Origin: Leucoraja erinacea
Taxonomy: Eukaryota
DNA length: 64,000 bases
Direction: 5' to 3'
Assembly: GCF_028641065.1 (NCBI RefSeq)
Contig: NC_073406.1
Span: 8,184,001 to 8,248,000 of the forward strand
This document shows, piece after piece, positions 12,456 through 25,268 of the stretch (position 1 is its first letter; every line of letters begins with the position of its first letter). Position numbers and translations under genes: made by a program. The notes under the pieces are model-generated. The model did no database searches, had not been told where the DNA came from, and saw nothing but the letters and a program-made list of their open reading frames with translations.

Positions 12456-12959
12456 ATAGAAACATAGAAAATAGGTGCAGGAGTAGAGGCCATTCGGCCC
12501 TTCGAGCCTGCAACGCCATTCAATATGATCATGGCTGATCATCCAACTCAGTATCCTGTACCGGCCTTCTCTCCATACCCCCTGATCCCTCTAGCCACAA
12601 GGGCCACATCTAACTCCCTCTTAAATATAGCCAGTGAACTGGCCTCAACTACCTTCTGTGGCAGAGAGTTCCAGAGATTCGCCACTGTCTGTGTGAAAAA
12701 TGTTTTTCTCATCTCGGTCCTAAAGGAATTCCCCTTTATCCTTAAACTTTGACCCCTTGTCCTGGACTTCCCCAACATCGGGAACAATGTTCTTGCATCT
12801 AGCCTGTCCAACCCCTTAAGAATGTTGTATGTTTCCATAAGATTCCCCCTCAATCTTCTAAATTCTAGCATGTACAAGCCGAGTCTATCCAGTCTTTCTT
12901 CATATGAAAGTCCTGACATCCCAGGAATCAGTCTGGTGAACCTTCTCTGTACTCCCTCT
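12456..12959 (-). mobile_element. Young CR1/HER1-type LINE 3' end, about 500 bp
   Basis: ORF2 C-terminus LSYEERLDRLGLY..LEFRRLRG..FFTQ...WNSLP, plus tail. Confidence 0.92.
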
Positions 12960-13628
12960 TAGCTGATAATTAGCTGATCACGTTCAATTCACATTGTGTG
13001 AGGAAGAGAAAAGTGAAGAAGGGCAGGTGATGAGATGCACAATTTGGAATCTTGATTCGAAGGATTGAAGAGGCTTGAATTTGACCCAATGATTATGTGG
13101 AGAGAACATTAGGAAAGTAAACCTCTCTCTCACTCCCACTATCTTATTTCACCAATCTATATGTCTGCCGCAAGCTATCTGCTGCTGTATCTCCAAACGT
13201 GGCCCAGCAGATTCCAGCCAGGCCTCCATTTTCCAACGTTAAAAAGCTTTCGCTCATGTTTAGTGCATGCACCTGGCTCCACTCACCTATCACCTCAGTT
13301 CCACTCACCTCTCACCTTACTAATGTATTGGATCCTGATCAGGCAATGCAGAAGGTTTGAAGTTCCTGACCTAAAACTCAAAACCCTCCACGGACTTTTC
13401 CAACACCAGGGTTTTGTTTCCTGCCCTAATGATTCCATAATGCTCAGTGATCACATTCCCACAAAGCATCTTGGAATGTTTATGTGTGTGTGTGAAGATT
13501 TAAGAATGGAAATTGTTGCTAATGTGTGAGTACATGTTGATGGATATGAGAAGCAGTCGTTAGGTGGTGGGGCTCTAGTGTAACTGGTGCTGCAGGTAAC
13601 TCATGCCTGCTGTCTCTTTATGTTCCAG

Positions 13629-13875
13629 ATCTTTGTACAGTGAGCCCCTGACTCCTCCCTCTAATGCAAGCCAAAGTCCCGCCTCATCACCAATCAGCGA
13701 CGTTAGTTTTGAGAAGCCCACTCTCCCATCGGCAGCGGATTGGTCCGAGTTCCTGAGCGCTTCGACCAGCGAGAAGATGGAGAATGAGTTTGCCCAGCTG
13801 ACCCTCTCGGACCACGAGCAGAGAGAGCTGTACGAGGCCGCCAAACTGGTGCAGACCGCTTTCCGGAAGTACAAG
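13629..13875 (+). CDS. CAMTA1: CAMTA1 coding exon SLYSEPLTP...LVQTAFRKYK
   Basis: Acceptor tgttccag|A, donor AAG|gttaga; conserved LTLSDHEQRELYEAA. Confidence 0.96.
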
Positions 13876-15088
13876 GTTAGAGAGGCTGGACCTGTGTACG
13901 GCCATCCCTTGGAAATATGTTGTGGCAGCCTTGATAATCTGATCCTCAAAACCTATCCCGGGCACTGTTACATTGTAGGAGCCACAGTAAACCATAGCCA
14001 CAGAGCAAGAGACCACAAAGCAACGTGCTGAATGAACAGACAATTTTCTTGATGATGTTAGTTGAGGAGTTATCCCAGTCTTCTTCAAAATAGTTTCCAT
14101 GCATCTACGAGGGCATAGTTGCCCTTGGGTTGCTGGGCCATGGGTGCAAGCTTCCTCTTGTACATTTGAACACACTACATAGTCTGATGCCCCACTACAA
14201 TAACGAAGGAGCTCTGGACATTTGGGTGAGACAAACTGAGGATCCCATCTGGCTGCTTGGATCACTAAAAAATATTTTATAATATAGGGCGGGGTAAATT
14301 TTCAACAGTTTATGCCATTTTGGCAGAGTCCAGGGTTATGGTAAAGTGGAGATCTACAATTGGAATTATCTTGATGTACTTCTCAAACCCACTTGCTATA
14401 AAACTGAATTAAATGGAGGAATATGGAGCATGTGCAGGCTGGGGGATTAGTTTAAGTAGGTATCATGTTCGGCACAGAGATCATGGGCTAAAGGACCTGA
14501 TCCTCTGCTGCGCTGCAGTATTCTGTATGTACACTGCAAAGTGTATGTGACCAGATATTGGCTGAGGTGTGGGGTGGATTGGTTTGCAGTGCCTCCCTAC
14601 CTTTAACTAGCAGTTGAGACGAGAAGAATAGAGGCTTGGTATGGTCTTTGAGGCCATCGCCCATGGAAAGTGTCATTAGCTTTCCAAGAGGAGGAGGAAT
14701 TACAGGGTTGGTACTGTTAAATTGTGCCTTCTTTGGCAGTGAGAGGCAGATTAGCATATGTAATGAGTTACCAACGGAAGTGGGAGAGGTGGGGACAATG
14801 ACAGCGTTTTAAAATGCATTTTTTCAGGTTCATGGACAGGGATAAGGGCCAAATTTAAGTAAATAAAATTAGCTCAGGAAATAACCTAAGTTGGCACAGG
14901 TGAATTGGGCTGAAGGGCCTTTATCTGTGCTGTATGATTCTGGGCAACAGAATTTCAGTTCTGATGAAGGGTCTACAATTTGCAAACATTAACTTTTTCT
15001 CTCTCCCCAGATGCTGGCCGACTCACTCAGTATTTCCGCCTTTTTCTGTTTTCATGCAAATGTTAACATTGTTTTCCATTTGTTTTAG

Positions 15089-15160
15089 GGACGTCCTTTT
15101 AGGGAACAGCAAGAATTGGCTGCTGCTGTCATTCAGCGCTGCTATAGAAAATACAAACAG
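15089..15160 (+). CDS. CAMTA1: CAMTA1 coding exon GRPFREQQELAAAVIQRCYRKYKQ (IQ-like motif)
   Basis: Acceptor tgttttag|GGA, donor CAG|gtaaaa; 72 nt, phase 0-0. This frame is not shown in the ORF track. Confidence 0.96.
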
Positions 15161-15984
15161 GTAAAAATTAAGTATAAGCCTCCCCACTCAGGGACAGAGG
15201 ATACATAGAGGACAGTAGAGTCAGTTGAACTGGCTGAGCTGAGTTAATTGACAGCAACTGTGCTGGGTCTCAGTCCTGCTTAGCTGTTGTGTGAGTGCTT
15301 TTTCCAACTCAAGTCACTGTTACAATTCTGTTTCCTTCCACCTCACAACCCCATCACTCACCCACACTCACTTTCTGGCCTTGAACCTAATACACACACC
15401 AGTGGGATGGTGAATTAGCATCAAGAAACCCTGTCGCTAGCCCAGTGATACTAGTTTGTGTCGAGGGCGGAGTGGTTAATGGGGAGAAACTTCGAAGGAT
15501 GTGGGCGGACGGAAAAGAGGGGTAGATTTTTGTAGAATAAATCAGATTGACACGAGCAAACTGTTACTCTGGGGAAAGTCCGGACATCCTAGGTGACAGT
15601 GATCCGATTGCACCAAGGTACGATGAGCCCTGTTTAGGAAAATTGCCTCGGCTTCTGTTCTGTATTCTTTCAATGAAAAGTAAAATTGTCAGGGATTATT
15701 TGTCCTGAAATACCAATAAACATGCGAACAGCCAGAACACACAAACAAGACCCGAATGAACAAGGCGGGTTGTAGTTCCCTTCTTTCAAGGGGAGAAAAT
15801 GGGACAAGGAGTTTTATGGACAAGGAGCCTGCAGAAATGGAGAGTTTGCGTCAGTCTCAGTTTTAGGAAATGAGAAAAGACAAAAGTCGATAAGTGTATG
15901 GAGGTTCAGGAACCAGAGCAAAAAAACAAAAGAAAACTCAGCACATTAACATTGAAAAGTAAAAGTTTGCTTGAATTCATAGCT

Positions 15985-16512
15985 TGAAGAGACATTCATT
16001 TTCCGAAATGTTGCAGTTGTACTATGCATTGGTTAGACTGGACTAGCACTGTGCAGTTCTGCAGATGAGACTCATTGAGGTGTTGCCTGGAATCGAGTAC
16101 AGACTGGGTAGGCTGGGTTTATTTGTACTGGGAAGGATGAGGATCGCAGGAGGATGAGGGGTGACCTTATTGAGGTTTATGAAATTATGATGGGCATAAA
16201 TATAACAGATAGCTAAAATCTTTTTGCCAGGGCAATGGCAATGGAGTCCTGAACTAGACGCACAAGTTCAGATGAGAGGGGAGAAATTTAAAGGAGATCT
16301 CAGTAAGCTTCTCACAAAGGAAGTGGTGAGTATTTGGAAAGAGCTGCCAGAGCAGGTCGTGGTTGCAGATACAAGTACAATGTTTATAAGGCAGTTGGAC
16401 ATAGGAAAGATGTAGAGAGATCGGGCCTAATGCTAGAAGATGGAATTAGTGCAGATAGACGTCGTGGTGGGCTGAAAGGAACGGTTTCTGTGCCGTACCC
16501 GATCTGTGATTC
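15985..16512 (+). mobile_element. Degenerate CR1 LINE 3' region
   Basis: Remnants such as ggatgaggggtgaccttattgaggtttat and gtatttggaaagagctgccagag. Confidence 0.7.
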
Positions 16513-16730
16513 TAGGTGTGACATTGACACTGATTCATTACGCACTACATTATCTCAGATCGGCTTCTGACTCGCCAACCCATCTGCCTGTGTAATTACT
16601 TGCACCACAAGGGGTGCTTGATCTCACAGTTCAATGGATATGCCACATTGCATTGCTTCAGGTATCAAAACTCACCTGCTCTGCACTGATATGTACGTCA
16701 CTAATGTCAGCTCATAAGGTCGTAAGTAAT

Positions 16731-17080
16731 ACATAGAAACATATAAAATAGCTGCAGGAGTAGGCCATTCGGCCCTTCGAGCCTGCACTGCCATTCAATA
16801 TGATCATGGCTGATCATCCAACTCAGTATTCTGTACCTGCCTTCTCTCCATACTCCCTGATCCCTTTAGCCACAAGGGCCACATCTAACTCACTCTTAAA
16901 TACAGCCAATGAACTGGCCTCAACTACCTTCTGTGGCAGAGAATTCCACAGATTCACCACTCTCTGTGAAAAATGTGAAAAATAATAGGAGCAGAATTAG
17001 GCCATTTGGCCCATCAAGTCTACTCCGCCATTCAATCATGGCTGATCTAACCTTCCCTCCTGCCTTCTCCCCATAACCTG
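16731..17080 (-). mobile_element. Young CR1 3' end (16731-16971) nested in an older CR1 tail
   Basis: Identity with 12456; the older tail resumes at about 16985. Confidence 0.8.
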
Positions 17081-17492
17081 ACATGTGCCAGCTCTGGACG
17101 GTATCCAAGCAACGTGTGCTGTTCTCACTGTGGCTGGAGGTGCTCAGAGAACAGGGCCTCCATCTCAAGAGCTCTGGCTTGAAAAAGCCACTGCCCCATG
17201 TCTATTAGAGAGTGATGTCAGATGCTTCATTGTGATGGGGCTAGCTGCTCATGATATCAAACATTAATTAGAAAGCATAAAATGCCTCAAACATTCAGTA
17301 GATTGGGCAGCATCTGCCGTGTCAGGGAAACAGCCAATATTTCAGATGCATAATCTGAATCTCAAGGATTTTGTTCACCTATAAATACTATTATTCACCC
17401 CTCCCCCTGTTCTCTCCCCTTCCGTACCCCCTTCCTCACTGTCCTTTGCACATGTTGTCTAAAAATGTTGATTTAGTTCAATTCTGATGATG

Positions 17493-17518
17493 ATAATAAT
17501 AATAATAATAATAATAAT
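17493..17518 (+). repeat. (TAA)n microsatellite
   Basis: Directly visible; probably a retroelement tail. Confidence 0.9.
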
Positions 17519-17712
17519 ATATTTTATTGTCATTGCACATAAGTGCAACGAGATTTGGTATGCAGCTTCCATCCGATGTCATAACTTAAATAACGAATAA
17601 AATTTAGATGGTATACAAAAAGACGATGTGGCATGTTGCACAACAGATAATAAATGTTTACAATCTTCATTGGCGTCAGTCAAAGTTGCAAATCCTACCC
17701 CTTAATTAATGT

Positions 17713-17902
17713 AGACAAAATTGCTGGAGAAACTCAGCGGGTGCGGCAGCATCTATGGAGCGAACGAAATAGGCAACGTTTCGGGACGAAACCCACTGAG
17801 TTTCCCCAGCAATTTTGTCTACCTTCGATTTTCCAGCATCTGGAATTAGTGCAGACAAACATCATGGTGGGCTGAAAGGAACGGTTTCTGTACCTTCTTC
17901 AA
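17713..17902. mobile_element. Penelope-derived foldback, internally deleted, carrying a captured 51-nt segment
   Basis: gctggagaaactcagcggg arm; flanking cccttaat(t/g)aatgt repeats. Confidence 0.7.
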
Positions 17903-18137
17903 CCCTTAATGAATGTGTTCACTTGTCCATAAATGTGAGACTAAGCAGTGGCTGCTGGACAATAAATTGGTCCAGATGCGGTGAGGATGATTTGAGATGT
18001 AAAATACATCCTGAGTGACATAGTCGGGGAAAAATGGAATGGACATTATACCACAGATCTAATCTGTGCTGGACATATCTTTGGAATATTTGGGAGTGCA
18101 CATGAAGCTTAATATATACGCCCCATGCGAGAGATTG

Positions 18138-18341
18138 GTGTAGGGAGGAACTCCAGATGCTGGTTCACACCGAAGATAGACGCAACATGCTGGAGTAGCG
18201 GGACAGGCCGCATTTCCGGAGAGAAGGAATAGGTCACGTCACGGGTCGAGACCCTTCCTCAGGTTGAAGACACAAAACGTCACCCATTCCTCCTCTCCAG
18301 AGATGCTGCCTGTCCTGCTGAGTCACTCCGGCATTTTGTGT
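18138..18341. mobile_element. Penelope-derived foldback element
   Basis: Inverted arms; gggtcgagacccttcctcag hammerhead remnant at the apex. Confidence 0.75.
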
Positions 18342-19518
18342 GGGATTCGTGCAGGAAGTATTCCATTCACAAACGGCAGTATCCCCCCACTTGGAACAGA
18401 AAGCATTCACAGAAATAATGACTAAAAAAGACCACTGAGCTTGGCCCTCTTCCAGTAGCTTCACAAATTAGCCAAGCAGATGGCAAGAGAACGACAGGAG
18501 GAACAGCCAGTGGGAATGAAGATGGATTAGCTCGTAATATCTCTCATCTCCTGCTGTCGTTTGTCAATATCTTATGCTAAGCCCCGTCAATTGCAGACCT
18601 GTGTAGTCCGTATCCTTGATCTACGAATTACTCTTCTGCGACAAATTTCCTGATCTCACACGTTTTATTTCAGGTTACTTGAGTTAATATTTCACCATCT
18701 CCATTCACTATTGTACAATCACATTTCTGTCTGCATTCTCGCTATGTTAAGCACACATGGCATTGTCCACCAGTCCTGAGAATATCTCCGAGCACACTTC
18801 TGTTGATCCAGGGAACCCACCACATTATGACTCCTGGTGTAAATGTCCAATCTGTCCAAAAGCCAGATCCAGATGGTGGCAATGGTAAATGCAGTCCTTG
18901 GAAATGGAAGTATGGTGTAGAGATTCATCATAAACTCATATTGGATTAGTCAGCTCTCGACCCCACTTCTCCCAAATAATGAAAAACCAGGAGTGAACAG
19001 ATAGGGGCTCAAGAGTATTGCCAAACAAATGTGCATTTCATGCCTCAGCCAAATGTTTAAATCCATGCCCAGACAGACCAGGAGCTCCCAAACGCAACCT
19101 GCGGTCTTTGTCAAATGCCTTCCTCTCCTCTACCATTATTTGTAACCATTCATGGGGTATTTTTGTTGTAGCTATTTCTGATTTCCACTTGAACTGAGTG
19201 ACTTCTCAGACCACCTCAGAAATTCAACCAATTTCCTTTGATTGCGGAATCACAGATAGAGCTAACCTGCTATGGACAGCAGGTTTCCTTCCCCATAGGA
19301 CTCAACATCTACCATTATTCTGGGTAAAAATTGTCCTCCGCAGCTGACTGCTTCCCCCCCCTATTCCCATTGAAATCCTCTTGCCTATCCATCTATTTTG
19401 TAATGTTCCTCAATGTTAAACGCACTGTTAGAGTATGTCATTGTTGTGCCCAGGGCTGACTGTGAAGCAGAGGCTTTCTTTTCTCTGGTACTAATGTCTA
19501 TTATATTCACTTTGCAAG

Positions 19519-19539
19519 CTTACATGGATAGCCTTGAAG
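19519..19539 (+). CDS. CAMTA1: CAMTA1 21-nt cassette microexon LTWIALK
   Basis: tcactttgcaag|CTT ACA TGG ATA GCC TTG AAG|gtaatt; phase 0-0; branch-like TACTAAT at 19489-19495. The peptide is recalled from vertebrate CAMTA isoforms. Confidence 0.9.
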
Positions 19540-19671
19540 GTAATTGAGTTAACAAATGGAATTTCAATGTTGTACATTTTTGCACTACTGTGATATATGG
19601 CTGACTAGTTGACCACCAACTATATAGTATTCTGGTACAAGAGTATGTACATTTTTTAATTTATATTTTGA

Positions 19672-19773
19672 GTCCCTATTGTGTGTAAGTATAGTGTTAA
19701 TGTGCGGGGATCGCTGGTCGGCACGGACTAGCTGGGCCGAAGGGCCGCGCTGTATCTCTAAACTAAACTAAAA
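19672..19773 (+). mobile_element. HE1-type SINE 3' fragment
   Basis: Matches the 3' part of 60680-60976; (TAAAC)n tail. Confidence 0.75.
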
Positions 19774-20547
19774 ATAAAACCACAGATACTGAAATCTGAA
19801 ACAAAACCAGAAATGCAGGAAGATCTCAATTAACTGGTGTCTTTTTCCACAAAAGGTTGCTTGACTGCTGGACTAGCTCTTCCAGCATTTCCCTTTTTTG
19901 TTTCATGCCTGTGAAAATCTCTTCATTTACACTTAATCAAAATTAACATTTTCCTTCAGCTGCCCTTTAAGGGACACAATGCCAAGTTACTTCCCAAAAT
20001 CATTTCTCATTTTATTTCTGAAAACCTGCCTTACTGCCAACTGCAAGAGTTTTGACAATTTTTCTGAAGTACAATGCCTGCACTGGGCGACTGAGTGGCA
20101 GGAGGCACACTTGCTTTTCCTCGGGTTGGGATGTTGCTATTTAAATTTGTCTCTTTTATAATGGGAGGATTCTGGCATGACCTCACCTGTCCACCAGGTG
20201 GCATGGTGAACCTTGCACCATGCTCATTCACCAGTACTCCAGTACTCACCTGGAATCCCTAGAATTTAAAGGATTATCTCTGGGAAAAAAACAAAACTAG
20301 GGGAAAAAAATCATGAGAGAGCATTAAAAGATGTGGTTTTATTAAATGTTTTGAATGCTTTTATTTTATGTTATAAAAATATTAATATATTATAAATAAT
20401 ATATTGTAATATATTATAATATATTATAAAATATTGGTGATACAAAGACATATTTGACATGGCAGGGAGGTTGAATATATAGACCTTTAGCAACAAATCC
20501 ATCCAGGGCTGTCAATCCTAACATTAGCTGCAGTTTAATCAGGCTTT

Positions 20548-20783
20548 TAGAAACATAGAAAATAGGTGCAGGAGTAGGCCATTCGGCCCTTCGAGCCTGC
20601 ACCGCCATTCAATATGATCATGGCTGATCATCCAACTCAGTATCCTGTACCTGCCTTCTCTCCATACCCCTTGACCCCTTTAGCCACAAGGGCCAAATCT
20701 AACTCCCTTTTAAATATAGCCAATGAACTGGCCTCAACTTCCTTCTGTGGCAGAGAATTCCAGAGATTCATCACTCTCTGTGT
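20548..20783 (-). mobile_element. Young CR1 LINE 3' end
   Basis: Near-identical to 12456 and 39055. Confidence 0.88.
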
Positions 20784-20844
20784 CCATGTAATTGATTTCT
20801 CGTTCCTTTGGGAATGTGAAACAAGCCAGGTATTTATCCCACTC

Positions 20845-21088
20845 TATCCCCAACTAGAGAGCGGTCCTGAGCTACCATTTACTTTATTGGAGACCCTCAG
20901 ACTGTCTTTAATCAGGCTTTACTGGACTTTATCTTGTACTAAATGTTATTCCCATGATCCTATATCTTCCCAATGTGGACGGCTTGATTGTAATCATGTA
21001 CAGTCTTTCCTCTTGTGGGTAGCACGCAATACAAAGAGCTAATCACTGTACCTCGGTACCCGTGACAGTAAACTAAACTAAACTAAAC
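20845..21088 (+). mobile_element. Non-LTR retroelement 3' end, probably Rex/Babar-type
   Basis: cactgtacctcggtac...gtgaca motif with a (TAAAC)n tail; the motif recurs near 6470, 30870 (-) and 41310. Clade assignment is tentative. Confidence 0.55.
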
Positions 21089-21569
21089 ATTGGAATTTGT
21101 CTGTACAGATAAGCAATACATGAATATTTAAAGGGTAATTGTCAATAAGTGCCGGTTTCGAGAGTGATTCTGCTTATCTGGAGCGTTTTAGTTTTTGATT
21201 TTTCTCTATTTCAATTTCTTTTTATTCCAAGAGATTCCAGGGGCTTGGGGACTGGATAGAAATGTGAAGTTGAGACTGAATAACAATGTTAACCAGAGGA
21301 TTGCATGACCCACTACTGCTCCTATTAGTTATGTTCTTGGGTTATTACTAAATTCCTAACTTAGCAAGACATTTTTGGAGGCGCAAGACATTTTTGCAAG
21401 CTAGTTACTTGAGATAAAGATCTAGAAATGTTGAGCTTGTATTCTGTTGAGAATGTGCCATTTTAACTGGGGACTCTCCCCTCAACAACCACCGCTTCTT
21501 TCCAGGGTGCAAACATTTTTTTTTTTTTTTGTGCTTCTGACAAGGATATTGACCTTTGTGTCCCCTCAG

Positions 21570-21763
21570 TATGCACTTTACAAAAAGATGACGCTGGCCG
21601 CCATCCTGATCCAGAGCAAGTTCCGCAGCTATTACGAGCAGAAGAAGTTCCAGCAGAGTCGACGGGCAGCTGTCCTGATCCAGCAGTATTACCGTAGCTA
21701 CAAGGAGTGTGGAAAAATGAGGCAGAAGCGAAGGACAGCTGCCATGGTCCACCAAAAAATCAG
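21570..21763 (+). CDS. CAMTA1: CAMTA1 coding exon YALYKKM...IQSKFRSY...IQQYYRSY...QKI(R), IQ motifs
   Basis: Acceptor tcccctcag|TAT, donor AG|gtaggc; two IQxxxRxY motifs. Confidence 0.97.
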
Positions 21764-22668
21764 GTAGGCCCTTGCTCATGCGCAGAACTCTTCTCTTGGG
21801 CCCAATGAATAGGCTGAATCAACATAGATTTATGAAAAGAACATCAAGTGACAATCTCGCGGAGTTTTTAAGAATGCAACCAGCAGGTCAGATGTTGGGG
21901 ATCAACGGATGAGGTATATTTGGATTTGCAAAGGCATTTGATAAGGTGACTCATAAGAAGATGCTACATGAGATAAGAACTTATGGAGGTGGGAATAATA
22001 TTCACACGTAGAGAGGATGGTGAGCCTCATAATTGGGAGTTGATAGGTGCATCAGTGGTTGATCCCCATTTTTCTATCAGTGGGTGAAGCGTCTGTTTGT
22101 AGCAAAGGGATGAACTGTATGGTCACCGGTCAATGAATGAATCCTCTGTGTGTGGAATCCACTGTGTGTGGTGCAATCCGCATCTACCTCAATAGTTGAA
22201 TACCATGTTTGCATCAGTGAGTGTGCCTCATCAATGGATGATCGACATATTTGCATCAACGGATGAAGCTAATAGCAATCAACATGTAAACTCCTCCCGT
22301 TTATTTACAAGTTGAACCCCATAGTTTTTTAAATGAACGCCACGTTTGCGTCGATGGTTCTGCCCTGCTTTTGCATGGAATTGTGAGCCATGTGTTTCTT
22401 GGTCAATGGATGAAGCTTATGCTTTCGTCTTTGATCAAATTTCATGTTTGCATCATGAGTGAATCCAGTGTTTTAAGTCAACGAAGCCACAGCATTTGAC
22501 TCAATGAGATGGTGAGTCATTGGCCGAACATTATGCTTTACCACCTGTCAGCAAGGAAAGTGGCAAGTTTTCTAACGTAAATCGTTTTAACGCAATTACC
22601 TTACAGATGGCGCTGGCCTTTCACTCTGAGGATAACTCTAGCTCTTATCTTCCTTGCTCTTGTTTCAG

Positions 22669-22743
22669 GAGCAGTCTGTTGACCAAGAAACAGGATCAAG
22701 CTGCACGGAAAATTATGCGATTTCTCCGCCGTTGTCGTCACAG
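22669..22743 (+). CDS. CAMTA1: CAMTA1 coding exon SSLLTKKQDQAARKIMRFLRRCRH
   Basis: Acceptor tgtttcag|G, donor AG|gtgaga; phase 2-2. Confidence 0.96.
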
Positions 22744-23870
22744 GTGAGATGTCAAATGTCATTCGCAATCTGACCGCCCATCCAAAACGTTTTACTTTCA
22801 CTTTAATTCACACTGCGTTCTGCCTTTTATTTCTTCCCAGAATAATCCAAGTAGTATTTGATCAATCCATTGATATCAGAGAATAATAAAGGAGAAGGAA
22901 TGAAACTTTCTGAAGACGACCACATTGTTAGGATAATTTAGAAATACCTCCCAGTATATCCTGCAGAATATATTTACACAGCTCACCCAGTATTCTCAAT
23001 GGGAAGATTGCGGTCCCTTCCATAAAACGACGAAGCTGTTAAGTTCTAGGTTCCCACGCTGTGCTAGGTTAGCCGATTTGCGTGGTGATTGCTGCCTTGT
23101 AGCAGGCTCTGTGGACTTGGACTGTGGAACAGAAGTCCATCAATGTTGCTGCTCCTGTGTACAATCACAGTAGGTGCTTCAGGAAATTGTGCATGTTTGG
23201 CTGGTTGCATGAGGACAGTATCAGCTCAGAATGTGATGCCTTCCACAGGCAGCAAGCCCAACAATATTTAGTCCACATTGTCATAAGAATTGTTCAGAGA
23301 GTAGTCTGTACAGGCAAGATCTTCCAGACCAGACAGACCATATTGGTGGAACAAACAATGCAGGAATTAATTCTGACCCGGGAGCTTTTAAATTATCCTG
23401 TCCAATGTCAATTGATTTAAACAAAGTCTTCATATCTGTCCATTAATTAACCATCCCACTAAGCTGCTCAAAGATCTTCAACTTCATGATGGCAAACTGT
23501 TGCCTTTAACCCACTGTCAGTGATCCCGTCTTTTAGAGGCTCGAGTTCTTCCAACCTGTTCCTTTGGCTGGAGTTAAAGGATTTCACAGTTCTATGTCAA
23601 GAAGCTCAGTGGAGTCCTTCCCACTGCTCTGGGCGATAGCTCACCCCATTGCAAACTTGCTGTACAAAAATAGACTTCTGTTTATCCTACATCACAACAC
23701 TGAATGCACTTCAATGACTGGAAAGCAGTTTGGGAAACCTAGAGGCTGTGAAAGTTGCTGCCGAAAAGTGAATGGTAACTTGGCAAATGAGAAGTCAGTC
23801 AGTCAGGAATGGTCTTGAACAGCATTGTTTACGTCACAATACCTGCCAATGGTTGTACCAGTGCTGAACG

Positions 23871-24065
23871 GCGATCCCCGCACACTAACACTATCCTACA
23901 CACACTAGGGACAATTTAAACTTATATCTAAACCCCTCTAACCCCCTCCAATTAACTTGCAAACCTGTACGTCTTTGGAGTGCGGGAGGAAACCGAAGAT
24001 CTTGGAGAAAACCCACGCGGTCACGGGGAGAACGTACAAACTCCGTATAGGCAGCACCCGTAGTC
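23871..24065 (-). mobile_element. HE1-type V-SINE, partial
   Basis: Reverse complement of the central domain of 60680-60976. Confidence 0.8.
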
Positions 24066-24676
24066 TTGTTCGGCCATGAGCTAATAGAGGAGGTGGGGGG
24101 GGGTCACACACAGTTGACAAATCTTGACGAATCTCAGGCAGGGTCTGTGTAATACTGAGGCAGCTGTGTGGCCGGGAAAAATCAACAACACTCCATTTTT
24201 CAAATGTGATTGCAGGAATGTAGCAATTTTGAAAGTCATAAAAACTACACAGATGGTAATGAGCTCATAAACTTTCGACACATCACAGCTTTGTCCTGTC
24301 CAATTCAAATAAATAAACAGTATGTTTCAGCATCAGAGACAATTCCTCTCTGTGGGTATTAGTTTTCAACGAGTATTGTTAGTGGTGAACGCGATCATTT
24401 AATTGTGATATTAATTTGTGTGTTGCCTTCACACTTTTTACAACAATTACTTTTCACTAATAATTGTAGCTACTGCTCCGTGGATTCAGGAAATATGACT
24501 GTTCCTTCGACCAGAGATAGTAAACCCACCCCTGTCGCCGACCACCACACTATGACCTTGCAAAGAAACACATTTATAAATATGAGGGTTGGATTTGGAT
24601 TGAGTATTTTTAAACTAATACATTTTAAACATAATACATCAGTGTCATATCTACTTTTTCTCTTTCTCCTGGCTTC

Positions 24677-24912
24677 GCCTGTCCCACTTGGGCGTCATTT
24701 GCGCGTCACGCAGATGGCGAGCGAAGATTTTGTACATCCCAAAATCCTGGGGCGCCGCGCGCGACCGCACGTCATTGCCTACGTCACCACGCACCGTGTG
24801 GGCGTAATGCACAACATGCGGGCATCACGTGCATGGCAGGACACACACGTCGTGACGCGTAAATGATGTTGCGTACATTACACGCAAATGGCGCCCAAGT
24901 GGGACAGGCCCT
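24677..24912. mobile_element. Harbinger-type MITE, CpG-rich
   Basis: GCCTGTCCCACTTGGGCG...CGCCCAAGTGGGACAGGCCCT followed by TTA; left tip degenerate. Confidence 0.75.
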
Positions 24913-25268
24913 TTAGTTACCAACTCTGGTTGCACGTATTAGAAAATGTAGCTACATAACCTGCCGCAGCTTCCAAACGATCACATGGTGCCCGTCCTGT
25001 TTGTACAACCGGTTCCTGCCTCCACCCTCTGTTGTTCATCTAGTGCCTACGCACCTGTCTGTCTTTCAATGCCCCCGGTTAATAACAATGTGCCTATCCT
25101 CATGATCCAGCTCCCACCCACCGATCACTCATTGTGCCTATACACATGGTGCACCCTCATTCCACTGCCCCTCTGAATCAGTGCCCATCCACAGCTTCCC
25201 ATTGCCCCTCCCTGTAGTTGCCGATGCTCATGGTGCCCCCATGTTAGACAAACAGCATTGATTCTTTG

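Noticed and set aside
12548-12919. 123-aa ORF (and the 132-aa ORF 39147..39545) as host genes
   Set aside because: C-termini of 5'-truncated CR1 ORF2, not independent genes.
14961-14995. CTGATGA hammerhead on the sense strand just upstream of an exon
   Set aside because: Stem II and GAAA are disrupted, so it is unlikely to be active.
20370-20435. AT-rich quasi-palindromic tract
   Set aside because: Ordinary low-complexity (TAATATAT)-like sequence.
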